Source: an uncultured Acidobacteriota bacterium (GTDB taxonomy: Bacteria > Acidobacteriota > Thermoanaerobaculia > Thermoanaerobaculales > Sulfomarinibacteraceae). Taken from it: a DNA stretch of 64,000 bases. The notes beneath the pieces were generated by a model. It did not search any database, was not told the origin of the DNA, and was given only the letters and a program-made list of their open reading frames with translations. The DNA is taken from positions 2,760 through 66,759 of the forward strand of contig CAWGLT010000010.1 of the NCBI GenBank assembly GCA_963823445.1, in the 5' to 3' direction. Positions 39,532 through 51,768 of the stretch are shown piece after piece (the first letter of the stretch is position 1; every line of letters starts with the position of its first letter). The translations under genes and the position numbers were made by a program.

Positions 39532-40463
39532 TCGGAATCGGTGAGAGCGCCGGCCAAACGAAGCGCCTCGAAACAGGCATCGGCGGCCAGCGAGGAGCTC
39601 GGCGAAACCGCGCCGACCCGAGTGACGGCGGCGTGGGTCACATCGTCGTCGATTCGGCCGAGGACCGCCTGGAGCCGGATCCCGCCGCCGGCGGATCCGG
39701 CGAGACAGCCCAGGGGGAGGTGGCAACCACCGCCGAGGAGTTGGAGGAGGCGCCGTTCGGCGGAGACGTGGTCCGCCACCGTGGCGTCGTGGAGCTGCTG
39801 CAGGGTCCGTGTCCTCTCGTCGGCGGCGCGGGTCTCGATGGCCAACGCACCCTGGCCCGGAGCGGGGAGCATCACCTCGGGGCGGAGCTCGACGATGTCG
39901 AGGCCCGTGAGGTCGAGTTCGAGCCGACCGACCCCGGCGGCGGCGAGGAGGATGGCGTCGTAGCCGCCGTCGCGGAGCTTGCCGATCCTGGTCGGGACGT
40001 TGCCGCGCAGGGCCTTGACTTCGATGCCCGGACACAGCGCGAGAGTCTGGGCCGCCCGGCGCAGGGACGACGTGCCGAGAACCGCTCCCTCGGGGAGCCC
40101 CATGGGGTTGTCCGGAGCGATCTTCAGCAGACCACTGCGGGCGAGAAGCAGATCGGCCGGGTTGGTCCGTTCCGGGATGGCGACGACCTCGAGCCCCTCG
40201 GGTTCGTCGGTGGGGAGATCCTTGAGCGAGTGGACGACGAGATCGACCCGCCCGTCGAGGAGGGCGTCCTGGAGCTCTTTGGTGAAGAAACCCTTGCCCT
40301 CCATCTTCGAGAACGCGACATCCTGAATGCGGTCGCCGCGGGTCTTGATGATCTCGATGGAGGAGGCGACGCCGAGGCGGGCTTCGAGCATGGCGGCGAC
40401 GTGGTGCGCCTGCCAGAGCGCGAGGTCCGAACCGCGGGTCCCCAAGCACAGCGTCGTGCTCAC
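39528..40463 (-). CDS. hemC: Hydroxymethylbilane synthase
   Basis: GTRGSDLALWQ, VHSLKD, GTSSLRR, RGNVPTR, GGGCH. Confidence 0.95.
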   Translation of the reverse strand: MSTTLCLGTRGSDLALWQAHHVAAMLEARLGVASSIEIIKTRGDRIQDVAFSKMEGKGFFTKELQDALLDGRVDLVVHSLKDLPTDEPEGLEVVAIPERTNPADLLLARSGLLKIAPDNPMGLPEGAVLGTSSLRRAAQTLALCPGIEVKALRGNVPTRIGKLRDGGYDAILLAAAGVGRLELDLTGLDIVELRPEVMLPAPGQGALAIETRAADERTRTLQQLHDATVADHVSAERRLLQLLGGGCHLPLGCLAGSAGGGIRLQAVLGRIDDDVTHAAVTRVGAVSPSSSLAADACFEALRLAGALTDSE

Positions 40464-41791
40464 GATCTCTCCCCCGAGTCGTTGTCGGCGTCGCCATCGA
40501 GTCCTTTGATGAAGCCGTCGATGACGGCGCTCGAATGGTGCCACGCGGCGCCCTTGAGACCTCTCACCGGAACCTGGACCAGCCGTTTGACGAGCCCCTT
40601 GGCCAAGCGCTCCACGGCCTTTCGATCCTTGGCTTCGAGATGGGCGAGATCCTTGCCGAAACTGTGTTTGACGGCGCGTTCCGCGACCTCCAGAAAGCTC
40701 TGCTGGAGGGTCTGGGCGGCTGGGGACAGGGCGCGGTCGAGGAGGTGGCGGCGGAGGGTCTCGATCTGGTGATCGACCATTTTCTCGCAGCGGTCCATCT
40801 CGGCAAGCCTGAGTTGGCGGTTGTTTTCGGCCTCCTCGCGCATCTCCTCGATGCCGTGGAGCTCGACGCCGGCGATCATCCGCGCCGCGGGGTCGAGATT
40901 GGGCGGCATGGCGAGATCGACGAGGAGCAGGGGTTCGTCGTCGTCAAGCTGCGACCGCAGGGATTTCACCTGCGCTCCGGTGAGCATGATCTCGTCGGAC
41001 GAGGTTGCGGCGACCACGAGGCCGACGCCCGGCGGGTTGGCCAGGGTCGCATCCATGAAAAGCGCCTCGGTGTTGGGGTCGCCGGCGGCCAGCTCGCGCG
41101 CTCGCTCGGGGGTTCGGTTGGCGATGAGAACCCGCCGGTTCGAGTCGGTGTTGCGGATCAACCTCAGGGCCTGTGAGGCCATTTCGCCGGCGCCGAGGAT
41201 GAGTACGGGCGCCGAGCTCTTCTCGAGGTGGTCGTGAAGACGGCGCTCGACGAGGGTGACGAGCGACACCGGTCGCCGGGTGAGATCGGTTTCCGTCCGG
41301 ATTCGCTTGGCGAGGTGGAAGGCCTCGTGGAAGGTCTGGTCGAGGATGCCGCCGAGGAGGTTGATGTTGTGGGCGCGTTCGTGCGCTTCCTTCGCCTGAC
41401 CCGCGATCTGGGCTTCCCCGACCATCATCGAGTCGAGCGCCGAGGTCACCCGGAAGAGGTGGCGGACCGCGGTGGGACCGAAGTGGACATAGAGACGGTC
41501 GTCCTCGGGGAGCTGAGTCGAGCCGTCGGTGAGGTCGGCGAGGGATCGGCGAAGGTGGAAAAGCAGCGGGTTGGTGTGGATCCTGGTCTCGCCGCGGAAG
41601 TAGAACTCGACGCGATTGCAGGTGCCGAGATAGACCAACTCCGAAAAGCCCGCCAAACGGGCGAGTTCGACGAGCTGCACGTGCTCGAAATCCGCGGGCA
41701 GCGCCGCCGCCGCAAGCTCGTCGATGTGGGTTGTTCGGTAGCTGGTACCGACGACTCCGATACGATCCAAACCCGCTTCCCTCCGGGGCAT
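40460..41791 (-). CDS. hemA: Glutamyl-tRNA reductase
   Basis: TCNRVE, HLFRVTSALDSMMVGEAQI, GAGEMA, DLAMP. Confidence 0.93.
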   Translation of the reverse strand: MPRREAGLDRIGVVGTSYRTTHIDELAAAALPADFEHVQLVELARLAGFSELVYLGTCNRVEFYFRGETRIHTNPLLFHLRRSLADLTDGSTQLPEDDRLYVHFGPTAVRHLFRVTSALDSMMVGEAQIAGQAKEAHERAHNINLLGGILDQTFHEAFHLAKRIRTETDLTRRPVSLVTLVERRLHDHLEKSSAPVLILGAGEMASQALRLIRNTDSNRRVLIANRTPERARELAAGDPNTEALFMDATLANPPGVGLVVAATSSDEIMLTGAQVKSLRSQLDDDEPLLLVDLAMPPNLDPAARMIAGVELHGIEEMREEAENNRQLRLAEMDRCEKMVDHQIETLRRHLLDRALSPAAQTLQQSFLEVAERAVKHSFGKDLAHLEAKDRKAVERLAKGLVKRLVQVPVRGLKGAAWHHSSAVIDGFIKGLDGDADNDSGERS

Positions 41792-42181
41792 GATGATAAC
41801 CGAGATGGCCTCTCAGTTGGTCACGGGGGAGTAAATCTTCGGACCCAGGCGGTGGCGGCATCTGTCCGCTTTTCCCCTCTCCATGGGATCGATGGAAAGA
41901 GCGGGTTAACGGTGGAGCAGCCGCCACGTCATCGCGCCGGCTGCTCATCACTTGATGAACAATCCGGTGGTGACCATGCCGTGGCAGCGTCCGTGGCAGC
42001 GGCTCGGTCACGGTCACTGTTGTTGTACCGCTCCGTCGGGAGTGGGAGCGGGAGCGAAGAGGGAACCGGAGGGGAACAGGCCCGGGATCGGGTAGAGGCA
42101 AATCACCCGGTTCGAATGGTTCCTGATACCATGCGCAACGGTGATTCGCATCGACTCTCGACGGGAGGCTCAACGCGGACG

Positions 42182-42838
42182 ATGAAACTGATCACGGGTT
42201 TGTACGGTTCGACGCTCGGCAAGAAATACCTGATGGCCTCCACGGGCTTACTCCTTTTCGGTTTCGTTCTCGGCCACATGGCCGGAAATATGCAGCTCTA
42301 TCTCGGCGCCGAGATCTACAACGCGTACGCCCACAAGCTGCAGAGCCTGGGAGTTCTCCTGTGGCTGATCAGGGGTGTGCTGCTGAGCATCGTTGCGGTG
42401 CACATCTTCGTCGCCGTGCAGCTCTGGCTGCGAAACCGCCGGAGCAGGCCGGTCAAGTACCGGGTCTTCAACCCGCCGGCGGTCGACTACGCGGCGCGGA
42501 CCATGGTCTGGAGCGGACCGATCATCGGCCTTTTCATCGTCTATCACCTGCTGCATTTCACGGTGGGATCCGCGCACCACGATTTTATCCGTGGCGATGT
42601 CTACCACAACGTTGTCTCGTCGTTTCAGATCTGGTGGGTCGCAGGCTTCTACATCCTCGCCAACTTCCTGCTGGCGATCCATCTTTATCACGGCCTTTGG
42701 AGCCTGTTTCAGACTCTCGGCTGGGACCACCCGCGTTTCGGCGGCGTTCGGCGCGGAGTCGCCGTCGCCTTCGCGCTCCTCATCGGAGCGGGGAACATCT
42801 CCATGCCGCTGGCGGTGCTCACCGGCGTGGTTCGGTGA
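42182..42838 (+). CDS. sdhC: Succinate dehydrogenase/fumarate reductase cytochrome b subunit (5 TM)
   Basis: [28 protein letters not shown]. Confidence 0.92.
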   Translation: MKLITGLYGSTLGKKYLMASTGLLLFGFVLGHMAGNMQLYLGAEIYNAYAHKLQSLGVLLWLIRGVLLSIVAVHIFVAVQLWLRNRRSRPVKYRVFNPPAVDYAARTMVWSGPIIGLFIVYHLLHFTVGSAHHDFIRGDVYHNVVSSFQIWWVAGFYILANFLLAIHLYHGLWSLFQTLGWDHPRFGGVRRGVAVAFALLIGAGNISMPLAVLTGVVR

Positions 42839-42851
42839 GGAGGGTAGGACG

Positions 42852-44761
<1,910 letters not shown>

Positions 44762-44765
<4 letters not shown>

Positions 44766-45532
44766 AACTGACGCTTCATGTCTGGCGGCAGAGCAACGCC
44801 CAGGACACGGGTGCGTTTGCAACCTATGAGCTGGAAGACGTCAATAGCCACATGTCTTTCCTCGAAATGCTCGATGTCCTCAACCAGGATCTCATTGTCA
44901 AGGGTGAGAAGCCGATCTCCTTCGAGCACGACTGCCGGGAGGGAATCTGCGGCGCCTGCGGGTTTGTCATCAACGGCGTCGCTCACGGCCACCAGAAGGG
45001 GAGTACGGTCTGCCAGCTCCACATGCGGCACTTCTCCGATGGTGACGAGATCACCATCGAGCCTTGGCGGGCCAAGGCGTTTCCGGTGCTCTGCGATCTC
45101 GTCGTCGATCGCTCGTCCTTCGATCGAATCCTCCGGGCGGGTGGTTTTATCACGGCGAGAACGGGCAGCGCGCCGGATGCGAACGCGATCCCCATCCCGA
45201 CCGAAACCCTCGAGCACGCCATGGATTTCGCCGAGTGCATCGGTTGCGGCGCCTGCGTCGCTTCGTGCCCGAACAGTGCCGCGATGCTCTTCGTGGGTGC
45301 CAAAATTGCACATCTCGGCATCCTGCCCCAGGGTCAGCCGGAACGCCACAGACGAGCCCTCGCCATGGTCGAGGCCATGGAGGACGAGGCGTTCGGCGCC
45401 TGCACGAATTTCAGGGCGTGCGAGGCGGTGTGCCCCAAGGAGATCTCCATCTCGGGCATCGCTCGAATGAACAAGGACTTCCGGAAGGCACTTTTTTCGG
45501 GGGTGGGTTTCGCCGGCGGGAAGAAGCGATAG
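44762..45532 (+). CDS. sdhB: Succinate dehydrogenase/fumarate reductase Fe-S subunit
   Basis: [27 protein letters not shown]. Confidence 0.96.
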
Positions 45533-45543
45533 TCGTTTGGAAT

Positions 45544-45584
45544 TTGAGTCGCAACTGCATTGTTACAAGCCAGTTGCGACTCAA
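45544..45584. terminator. 14-bp perfect inverted repeat between convergent genes
   Basis: TTGAGTCGCAACTG-N13-CAGTTGCGACTCAA. Confidence 0.6.
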
Positions 45585-45594
45585 GTCATCGCGA

Positions 45595-45768
45595 TCAATC
45601 GCCGATCAATGAGGTGATCACGATCCCGACGAAGAGGACGATGAGGAGCGCCCCGCAGCCGGCCATGAAGAGCTCTCCCGCGGTGTAGTACTCGCCGCGT
45701 CCCCACCTCGGTTTCTTCGAGGTGTTACGAATCCTGGACGCACGATTGGGTGATTTTCTTCTCGCCAC
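45595..45768 (-). CDS. Putative 57-aa single-TM protein (not in ORF track)
   Basis: GTG...MARRKSPNRASRIRNTSKKPRWGRGEYYTAGELFMAGCGALLIVLFVGIVITSLIGD*; coding-like codon use in the 3' half. Confidence 0.5.
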   Translation of the reverse strand: MARRKSPNRASRIRNTSKKPRWGRGEYYTAGELFMAGCGALLIVLFVGIVITSLIGD

Positions 45769-46340
45769 GTTTCGATTCTATCCCACCCGGCCGATCGGCC
45801 GGTGTGAATTCCCGGCTGGTTCCGAGGAACTTCACAGGGTTCGACGACTCACCGACCCGGCGGCAGCCCGCTGGAGCCATCGTTGATTGTGCGAACGAGA
45901 AGACAAATACGAATTCAATTTTGTATACAATGAAACGACTTTTACGTGGCACATTTCGAGTGAAGAGAAGTTTTCTCTACCTGAGACTGTCGTTCACGGA
46001 TGGAGTGCTGGCTGAAAAACGAAATCGGTGGGTGGCATCCCCCGGATTCCCTGATTCCGGAGGTGCCGTGATATGGTGGGCCATTAGTAGGTTAAAATTG
46101 GTGGGATAAAAATGGTGTGCGGCAGATGATCCGCCGATGCAAGGTGGGCATGTGATCGGTTCTTGAAGCCTTCCGGACTCCCTCGACAATCGACGAGCAG
46201 GGTTTGAAAACCATAGACCACATGATGCCAGTGTTAATGCAAACGCCATGCCAACTCCGCCCCATGAAACAGACCCGTGGATTGTCGCGTATGGCACACT
46301 AGGATGCGTGGGTGTTCCAGATGTACACAAGGAGGCAGAA

Positions 46341-46862
46341 ATGAACATTGGCGTGGAAGGTGCGCGAGAACGTCGCAATCTTCTTGAGCGGATCGGAGCC
46401 AAGATACCGGGATTCCGGGGTTATCTCGAAGCGGAGCTCCGCCGGGATGTCGACAAAATGCAACGTGATTGGCTCGCGGCCGAGGTCGATCGGGGGCGCG
46501 GGGCCCTGCAGGAACAGGTCCGCGATTGGAGCCGTTCCGGCAACCTCGCCAATCTCGATCTGGCTTCGAGCGCCGACAAAGGCCTCGATCGTCTGGCCAA
46601 CAGGATCCGCCATGCAGACTACGGCTCGAGCGGTTTCTTCGATCCGGTCAAGATTCGGGAAGCCGAGCTCGATCGTCTCTACGCCTTCGACCTGGCTCTC
46701 ATCGCCACCGTCGAGAGTCTCGCCGACCGCATCGAGATGCTGCCTTCCACGGCGGCGGAGCCGGATCTGCGGACGCTGCTCGACGCGGTTCATGCGGCGG
46801 ACCGCCAGTTTGACGAAAGGTCGACCGTCTTCGAAGATGTGACCCAGAAGGGAGGCCTGTGA
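46341..46862 (+). CDS. Helical hypothetical protein, first gene of the SPFH operon
   Basis: [31 protein letters not shown]; overlaps the next start. Confidence 0.8.
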   Translation: MNIGVEGARERRNLLERIGAKIPGFRGYLEAELRRDVDKMQRDWLAAEVDRGRGALQEQVRDWSRSGNLANLDLASSADKGLDRLANRIRHADYGSSGFFDPVKIREAELDRLYAFDLALIATVESLADRIEMLPSTAAEPDLRTLLDAVHAADRQFDERSTVFEDVTQKGGL

Positions 46863-47944
46863 TGGCTCTGCTCGAAATCATCGAACACCACGATCCCACC
46901 GGTGAGGAGATCGTCTACCGGTTTCCACCGCAGGGCAGCGCGGACATCAAGCTCGGCGCTCAGCTCGTTGTGCACGAAACCCAGGAAGCGGTTCTGTTTC
47001 GCGATGGCAAGGCCCTCGATGTCTTCGGTCCCGGGCGCCACACCCTCAGCACCCAGAACATCCCGCTGCTCGGCAAGGTCATCGGGGCGCCGTTCGGCGG
47101 CGAATCGCCGTTCCGGGTGTCGGTCGTCTTCGTCAACAAGAAGACCTTCATCGATCAGAAGTGGGGCACGCGCGAACCGGTGGTCTTTCGGGACACGGAA
47201 CTCGGGATGGTCCGACTCCGCGCTTTCGGAAACTACGGCTACCGCATCGCCGACAGCCAGCTCTTCGTCAACACCGTGGTCGGATCCCAGGGCCTCTTCG
47301 ATACCGATCGGCTCAAGGATTTCTACCGCGATGTCATCGTCTCGAGGCTCAACGATCTCCTCGGCGAGACGCTCAAGACGATTTTCGACCTCGCCCGCTA
47401 TTACGACGAACTCGGGACAGCGGCCAAGGCGCGTCTGGCGGAGGACTTCGCCAAGTATGGTGTCGATCTCACCGATTTCTACATCAACTCCATCACCCCG
47501 CCGGATGAGGTGCAGGAAAAGATGGACGAGCGCTCGGCCATGGGCGCGGTGGGCGATATGAACACGTATATGCAGTTCAAGGCCGCTCAGGCGATCCAGG
47601 ATGCCGCTGAAGGCGGCGGCGAGGGCGGCGGCGCCGCCGGATCGGGGATGGGCCTCGGTCTCGGTGCGGGATTCGGCGCCATGATGCCGGGGATGATCGC
47701 CAACGCCATGAACCAGGCGTCTCAGGGGGGCGGCCGGGCGCAGGGCGGCGGCGCCCCGGCGGCTGCAGCCGCAGCGGCGGCGGGCGGGTTCTGTTCGGAC
47801 TGCGGGACGCAGATTCCGAAGGGGGCGAAGTTCTGCCCCGGATGCGGTCAGGCCCAGGTCAGCTCGGGATGCTCGGGGTGCGGGCAACCGGTGCCGGGCG
47901 GCGCCAAGTTCTGTCCCAATTGCGGAACGAAACAGGGCGAGTAA
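46862..47944 (+). CDS. SPFH/Band-7 (YdjI-like) protein with C-terminal double zinc ribbon
   Basis: [39 protein letters not shown], four CxxC pairs (KFCPGCG, KFCPNCG). Confidence 0.9.
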   Translation: MALLEIIEHHDPTGEEIVYRFPPQGSADIKLGAQLVVHETQEAVLFRDGKALDVFGPGRHTLSTQNIPLLGKVIGAPFGGESPFRVSVVFVNKKTFIDQKWGTREPVVFRDTELGMVRLRAFGNYGYRIADSQLFVNTVVGSQGLFDTDRLKDFYRDVIVSRLNDLLGETLKTIFDLARYYDELGTAAKARLAEDFAKYGVDLTDFYINSITPPDEVQEKMDERSAMGAVGDMNTYMQFKAAQAIQDAAEGGGEGGGAAGSGMGLGLGAGFGAMMPGMIANAMNQASQGGGRAQGGGAPAAAAAAAAGGFCSDCGTQIPKGAKFCPGCGQAQVSSGCSGCGQPVPGGAKFCPNCGTKQGE

Positions 47945-48002
47945 AGGGTTTCCTCGACCCCGATGGAATGCCGAATGGTGTTCAGGATCTCTACGGCGAG
48001 CG

Positions 48003-48090
48003 TGAGTCAGGAGTTAAGAGTTAAGGGTAAGGCGTGCGCCCTCACGTCCGAAGCGCCCAACCCTTCAGTCCTAACTCCTAACCCTTCACC
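48003..48090. repeat. Second heptamer-type palindromic element
   Basis: GAGTCAG GAGTTAA GAGTTAA GGGTAAG ... CCTAACT CCTAACC CTTCACC. Confidence 0.6.
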
Positions 48091-48153
48091 AGTTGATCGG
48101 TGCGCCCTCGCGCTTCCGGCGCGGCCCGGTCTATGAAGGGAGGAAGCGCTTAG

Positions 48154-48906
48154 ATGTCGGTCTCCTGCACCCAGTGCGGGGCCGCCATCGAGCCGCGGGC
48201 GGACGAGCGGCTTCTCGTCTGCCCGTTCTGCTCGACGGCGCTCGTTCTCGATGGTTCAGCGACCCTCTTCCACGAGAAAATGCTGCCGACCATCTCGGCC
48301 GATCAGGTTCCCGCGCATCTACGGCGCTTTCTCGGCGGCAGCGCGACGGTGGCGGATCTCGACCGCAAGGCTCGTCTCGAGGACCCGCGCCTCGAGTACT
48401 TCCCGTTCTGGGCTTTCACGATTTCCGAGACCGGGCGCGAACGCGTCGTACTCGAACCGGCTGCGCCGTCGTCGTTGCAGGGTCTTCAGGGGCTCGAGCT
48501 TCCCGCCGGGACGACGATGCCGATGACCGATCTCGAGCCTCCGGGGATTCCCGTCATCGAACCGGAGGTGCCGGCGGATACCGCGCGCGGGTGGTTGCAG
48601 GCGCGGTTTGGCGATGGAGTGTCCGTGAGAAAAACGGTGCTCTATCACCTGCCGCTCTATCGCACCCCATACTCCTGGCAGGGCCGGACCTATCAGGCCG
48701 CGGTGGACGCCATCTCCGGCAAGGTCTTTCCGGCCGATTTCCCTTCCAAGGCGGAGTCCCCGTTTGTCCTCGTCGCGGTCGTCGCGCTTGTCATTTTCGG
48801 CATTGAAGGCCTTCTCATCAGCAATCTGCTGGTCAAGGCCGTGGTCTATCTGATCACTGCGGCGCCCATCCTCGGCATCGCGTGGCTGACGAGTCGAAAG
48901 GTCTAG
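48154..48906 (+). CDS. Zinc-ribbon membrane protein (YdjG-like)
   Basis: CTQCG/CPFCS, EYFPFW, VDAISGKV, two C-terminal TMs. Confidence 0.78.
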   Translation: MSVSCTQCGAAIEPRADERLLVCPFCSTALVLDGSATLFHEKMLPTISADQVPAHLRRFLGGSATVADLDRKARLEDPRLEYFPFWAFTISETGRERVVLEPAAPSSLQGLQGLELPAGTTMPMTDLEPPGIPVIEPEVPADTARGWLQARFGDGVSVRKTVLYHLPLYRTPYSWQGRTYQAAVDAISGKVFPADFPSKAESPFVLVAVVALVIFGIEGLLISNLLVKAVVYLITAAPILGIAWLTSRKV

Positions 48907-48908
48907 CT

Positions 48909-50030
48909 GTGTCGCGACCGCAGATCCCGCCGCCACCGCCGCCCCTGCCCGGCGCTGCTGCCACGCCGACGGCCGATACAACGCGGCGGGAGAAACGACC
49001 GGACCGGAAACCCAGGGTGCTGACCGGCCTCACCTGCGCTTCGTGCGGCGGTACGGTCGATGTTGAGGAAGGCAGGACCAACGTCGTTTGCCGTTATTGC
49101 GAAACCCCGCAGGCGGTGATCGGTGATCGCGGGATCGCCAGGGTGATGGTGCTCAATCGGCTCGAGAGGAGCCAGGCGAGCGATGTGGTTCGCCGCTGGC
49201 TGACAACCGGTATTCGCAAGGAGCCCGCATTGAAGAGGGAGGCCGCGGTCCAGGAGGCCTTTCTCGCCTGGTTTCCCTTTGTCCGCGCCCGGCTCGACGC
49301 CATCGGGTGGGTCCTCGGGATCCGGCAGCGAAAGGTCAAACGAGGCAAACGTTGGGAGACCGTCAAGGAGCCGGTGGAGAACGTCATCGAACGATCGGTC
49401 GATTTCACCATGCCTGCAGCCGATGTGGCCGAGTTCGGGGTTCATCGCGTCAATCTCTCGGGGGACGAGATCCTGCCCCTTGACGACGAGGTCCTGCGTT
49501 CGCGCGGGATGGTCTTCAGACCGAGCCGGTCGCTGGAAGAAATCGGCGATCGTCTCCGTGAGCGGGCCCTGGCGGACGCCGAACGCAGCAACAGCCTCGA
49601 CCGGGTGACGTTTTCGTGGCTGACCTCGGTGCGACGCCGAATCACCCTCGTCTACTACCCCTTGTGGGTCATTCGTTACGGCTTCCGCGGCCGGACCTAC
49701 CAGGTGCTCATCGACGCCGAGGACGGCAATCTGGCCTACGGCAAGGCGCCGGGGAATCACCTCTGGAGGGCTTTCTGTATCGTTGGTTCGTGCGCCGGCG
49801 CGGCGTTTCTCGGGACGACGGTCCTGCAGCATGCCGATGTGATTCTCAGATCGGATGACGGGCTTCAAGGGCTGGCCGTCATCGGACTCGTGCTTGCAGG
49901 GCTGGTCTACTGGGGCTATCGCCAGTTCCGCCACGGCGGAGTCGTGGAGGAGGGCACCGGTCTCGATACCGGCAAGGAGCAGACCGGGCTCGCCACCACC
50001 GTCAAAGAGATGATGGGACGGATTCAATGA
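48909..50030 (+). CDS. Zinc-ribbon membrane protein (YdjG-like)
   Basis: CASCG/CRYCE, WFPF, YYPLWVIRYGFRGRTYQVLIDAEDG, two TMs; start uncertain. Confidence 0.78.
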   Translation: MSRPQIPPPPPPLPGAAATPTADTTRREKRPDRKPRVLTGLTCASCGGTVDVEEGRTNVVCRYCETPQAVIGDRGIARVMVLNRLERSQASDVVRRWLTTGIRKEPALKREAAVQEAFLAWFPFVRARLDAIGWVLGIRQRKVKRGKRWETVKEPVENVIERSVDFTMPAADVAEFGVHRVNLSGDEILPLDDEVLRSRGMVFRPSRSLEEIGDRLRERALADAERSNSLDRVTFSWLTSVRRRITLVYYPLWVIRYGFRGRTYQVLIDAEDGNLAYGKAPGNHLWRAFCIVGSCAGAAFLGTTVLQHADVILRSDDGLQGLAVIGLVLAGLVYWGYRQFRHGGVVEEGTGLDTGKEQTGLATTVKEMMGRIQ

Positions 50031-50617
50031 GTCTGCGATTGGTCAATCTCGACTGCCCGTCGTGCGGTTCGGCCATGCGGGGCGAAGGTCTCGACACGAT
50101 CTTCTTCTGCGGCCACTGCGGCGGCGCGGCCGTGCTCGACGACGAGCGGCTCGAGACCGTCGAGGGCACGGCGTTGCTCGCGGCTCCGGGTCGTCATCCG
50201 CGTCTCTGGCGTCCCGCCTGGAGGCTCGAGGTTGAGATCCGGGTCCACCACCGGGTCAGGGCGGATGGCCGAAGCACGCCCGACTGGGAGGGGAGAAGGA
50301 CGTTCTACATCCCGGCTTTCGAGCTCTCCCTGGTCGATCTGACGCGACTCTCACGCGCCTTGTCGAATGTCTCCGAGGCCACTAGAGAGGTGCCGAAGGA
50401 GCCGATTCACGGCGGTACTCTGGCCGTCGACGACGCTCTGACGCTGGTCCGCCACATCGTCATCGGCGATGAGGTCCACCGTGCGGACATGCTCGCTTCG
50501 GTGATGGTCGAGGTCGAGGAGCGCGGCCGAAGCCTGGTTGCCCTGCCCTTCGAAGAAGCGGGGGGTGATCTTCAGTGCGCGGTCACCGGAATAAGACTGC
50601 GATCGTCATTCGGCTGA
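50027..50617 (+). CDS. Zinc-ribbon protein
   Basis: CPSCG/CGHCG, WRPAW; ATGA overlap. Confidence 0.75.
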   Translation: MSLRLVNLDCPSCGSAMRGEGLDTIFFCGHCGGAAVLDDERLETVEGTALLAAPGRHPRLWRPAWRLEVEIRVHHRVRADGRSTPDWEGRRTFYIPAFELSLVDLTRLSRALSNVSEATREVPKEPIHGGTLAVDDALTLVRHIVIGDEVHRADMLASVMVEVEERGRSLVALPFEEAGGDLQCAVTGIRLRSSFG

Positions 50618-50736
50618 TTCGCATCTCTTGACAACTTGGCTGCTACTTTCACAAGAAGTGACAGCATCCTCCGCCAATCTGCCATACAACTGTAAGTATT
50701 GAGATCGCTGACCTTGCAGAGAGGGGGAATTTGCGA

Positions 50737-51312
50737 ATGAGAAGGACGTGCTTTGTCGTTTTGATGGTGGTCGTGGCGATGGCAGCGCCCGCGGCGGCGA
50801 CCGACCCGGGTTTCTACGTCGGGGCGGGTCTCGGGCTGACCAGCCTGGACGTTCGCGACTTCAATCCCGATTTCGCCGATCTTCGATTTGAAGACGAGAG
50901 CGTCGGGTTCAAGGTCTTCGGCGGTTACCGCATTCTGAAGTACCTCGCCGTGGAGGCCGGATACACCGGTTTCGGAAACGTCCGGAGTTGGGAAGGCGGC
51001 AACCTGCAGTTCTTCAAGGAGGCCAATATCGACATCTCGACGTGGAGCGGCTACGTCGTGGGCCTCATCCCGGCGAGCGACAAGGTCGACTTTTTCGGCA
51101 AGATCGGGTACGGGTCGTGGAACCTGGACAACACGACCACCTCCGACGGCGTCACCGAGGACCAGTCGAGAAGCGGCTCCGATCTCGCGTTCGGTCTCGG
51201 GATGAACTTCAGGTTCAAAAAGATCGGCATCCGGGTCGAGGGCGAATGGCTCGAGATTCCCGACACGAGTGGCGTGTTCATGGTCTCGACCAGTTTGATC
51301 TACATCTTCTAG
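50737..51312 (+). CDS. Outer membrane beta-barrel protein (OmpA-like TM domain)
   Basis: Signal peptide, GFYVGAGLG, FKVFGGY, AVEAGY, C-terminal aromatic YIF. Confidence 0.88.
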   Translation: MRRTCFVVLMVVVAMAAPAAATDPGFYVGAGLGLTSLDVRDFNPDFADLRFEDESVGFKVFGGYRILKYLAVEAGYTGFGNVRSWEGGNLQFFKEANIDISTWSGYVVGLIPASDKVDFFGKIGYGSWNLDNTTTSDGVTEDQSRSGSDLAFGLGMNFRFKKIGIRVEGEWLEIPDTSGVFMVSTSLIYIF

Positions 51313-51564
51313 CCCGCACTTCTCACCAGGTGTCTGCTGCGGCCGGCGATGCACTTCCCCTAGCTGGGTTTTCTCACCTCCGGGTGCTCCAGCCCACGCC
51401 GACCCCTGCGGGGTCTCCCGACTCCGTCGGATCCGCCCTCGCGGGCGGTGCGCGAGGTCCCTACGTACTGTCAAGTACGCCTCCGCGCCCCTCGGATCGA
51501 AAACCCAGCTGGGCACAGCACCTCGCCGACCTCGCGACGAAACCCGGTGAGAAGTGCGGGCTGG
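51309..51564. mobile_element. 256-bp MITE-like element
   Basis: Terminal IR CTAGCCCGCACTTCTCACC (18/19), inner IR AGCTGGGTTTTC/GAAAACCCAGCT; overlaps the OMP stop. Confidence 0.65.
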
Positions 51565-51768
51565 CCGGTTTTCACGGAGGCAGCCGAGATCCGTCATCGG
51601 AAGCGGTGGTCCACGGCGCCGACCGCCGCTCCAGGATCCGTGCAGGAATCGCGAGGTCCCGATATGATGGGGCCATGCAGTTGGTGAAACACGAGGATGC
51701 GCGACGCGTACTTCTCAACATGAGTAGCTGACTATTGTGCATGATCGCGATTTCCTGGAGGTGCTCTC

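Noticed and set aside
41228..42851. Long N-terminal extensions of SdhC and SdhA (and similarly HemD, NfnB, kinase copy 2, SulP)
   Set aside because: Upstream alternative starts overlap other genes or repeats; family-typical starts lie downstream.
46292..46307. sigma54 promoter TGGCAC...TGC before the SPFH operon
   Set aside because: Spacing is GG-N11-GC, not the required N10.
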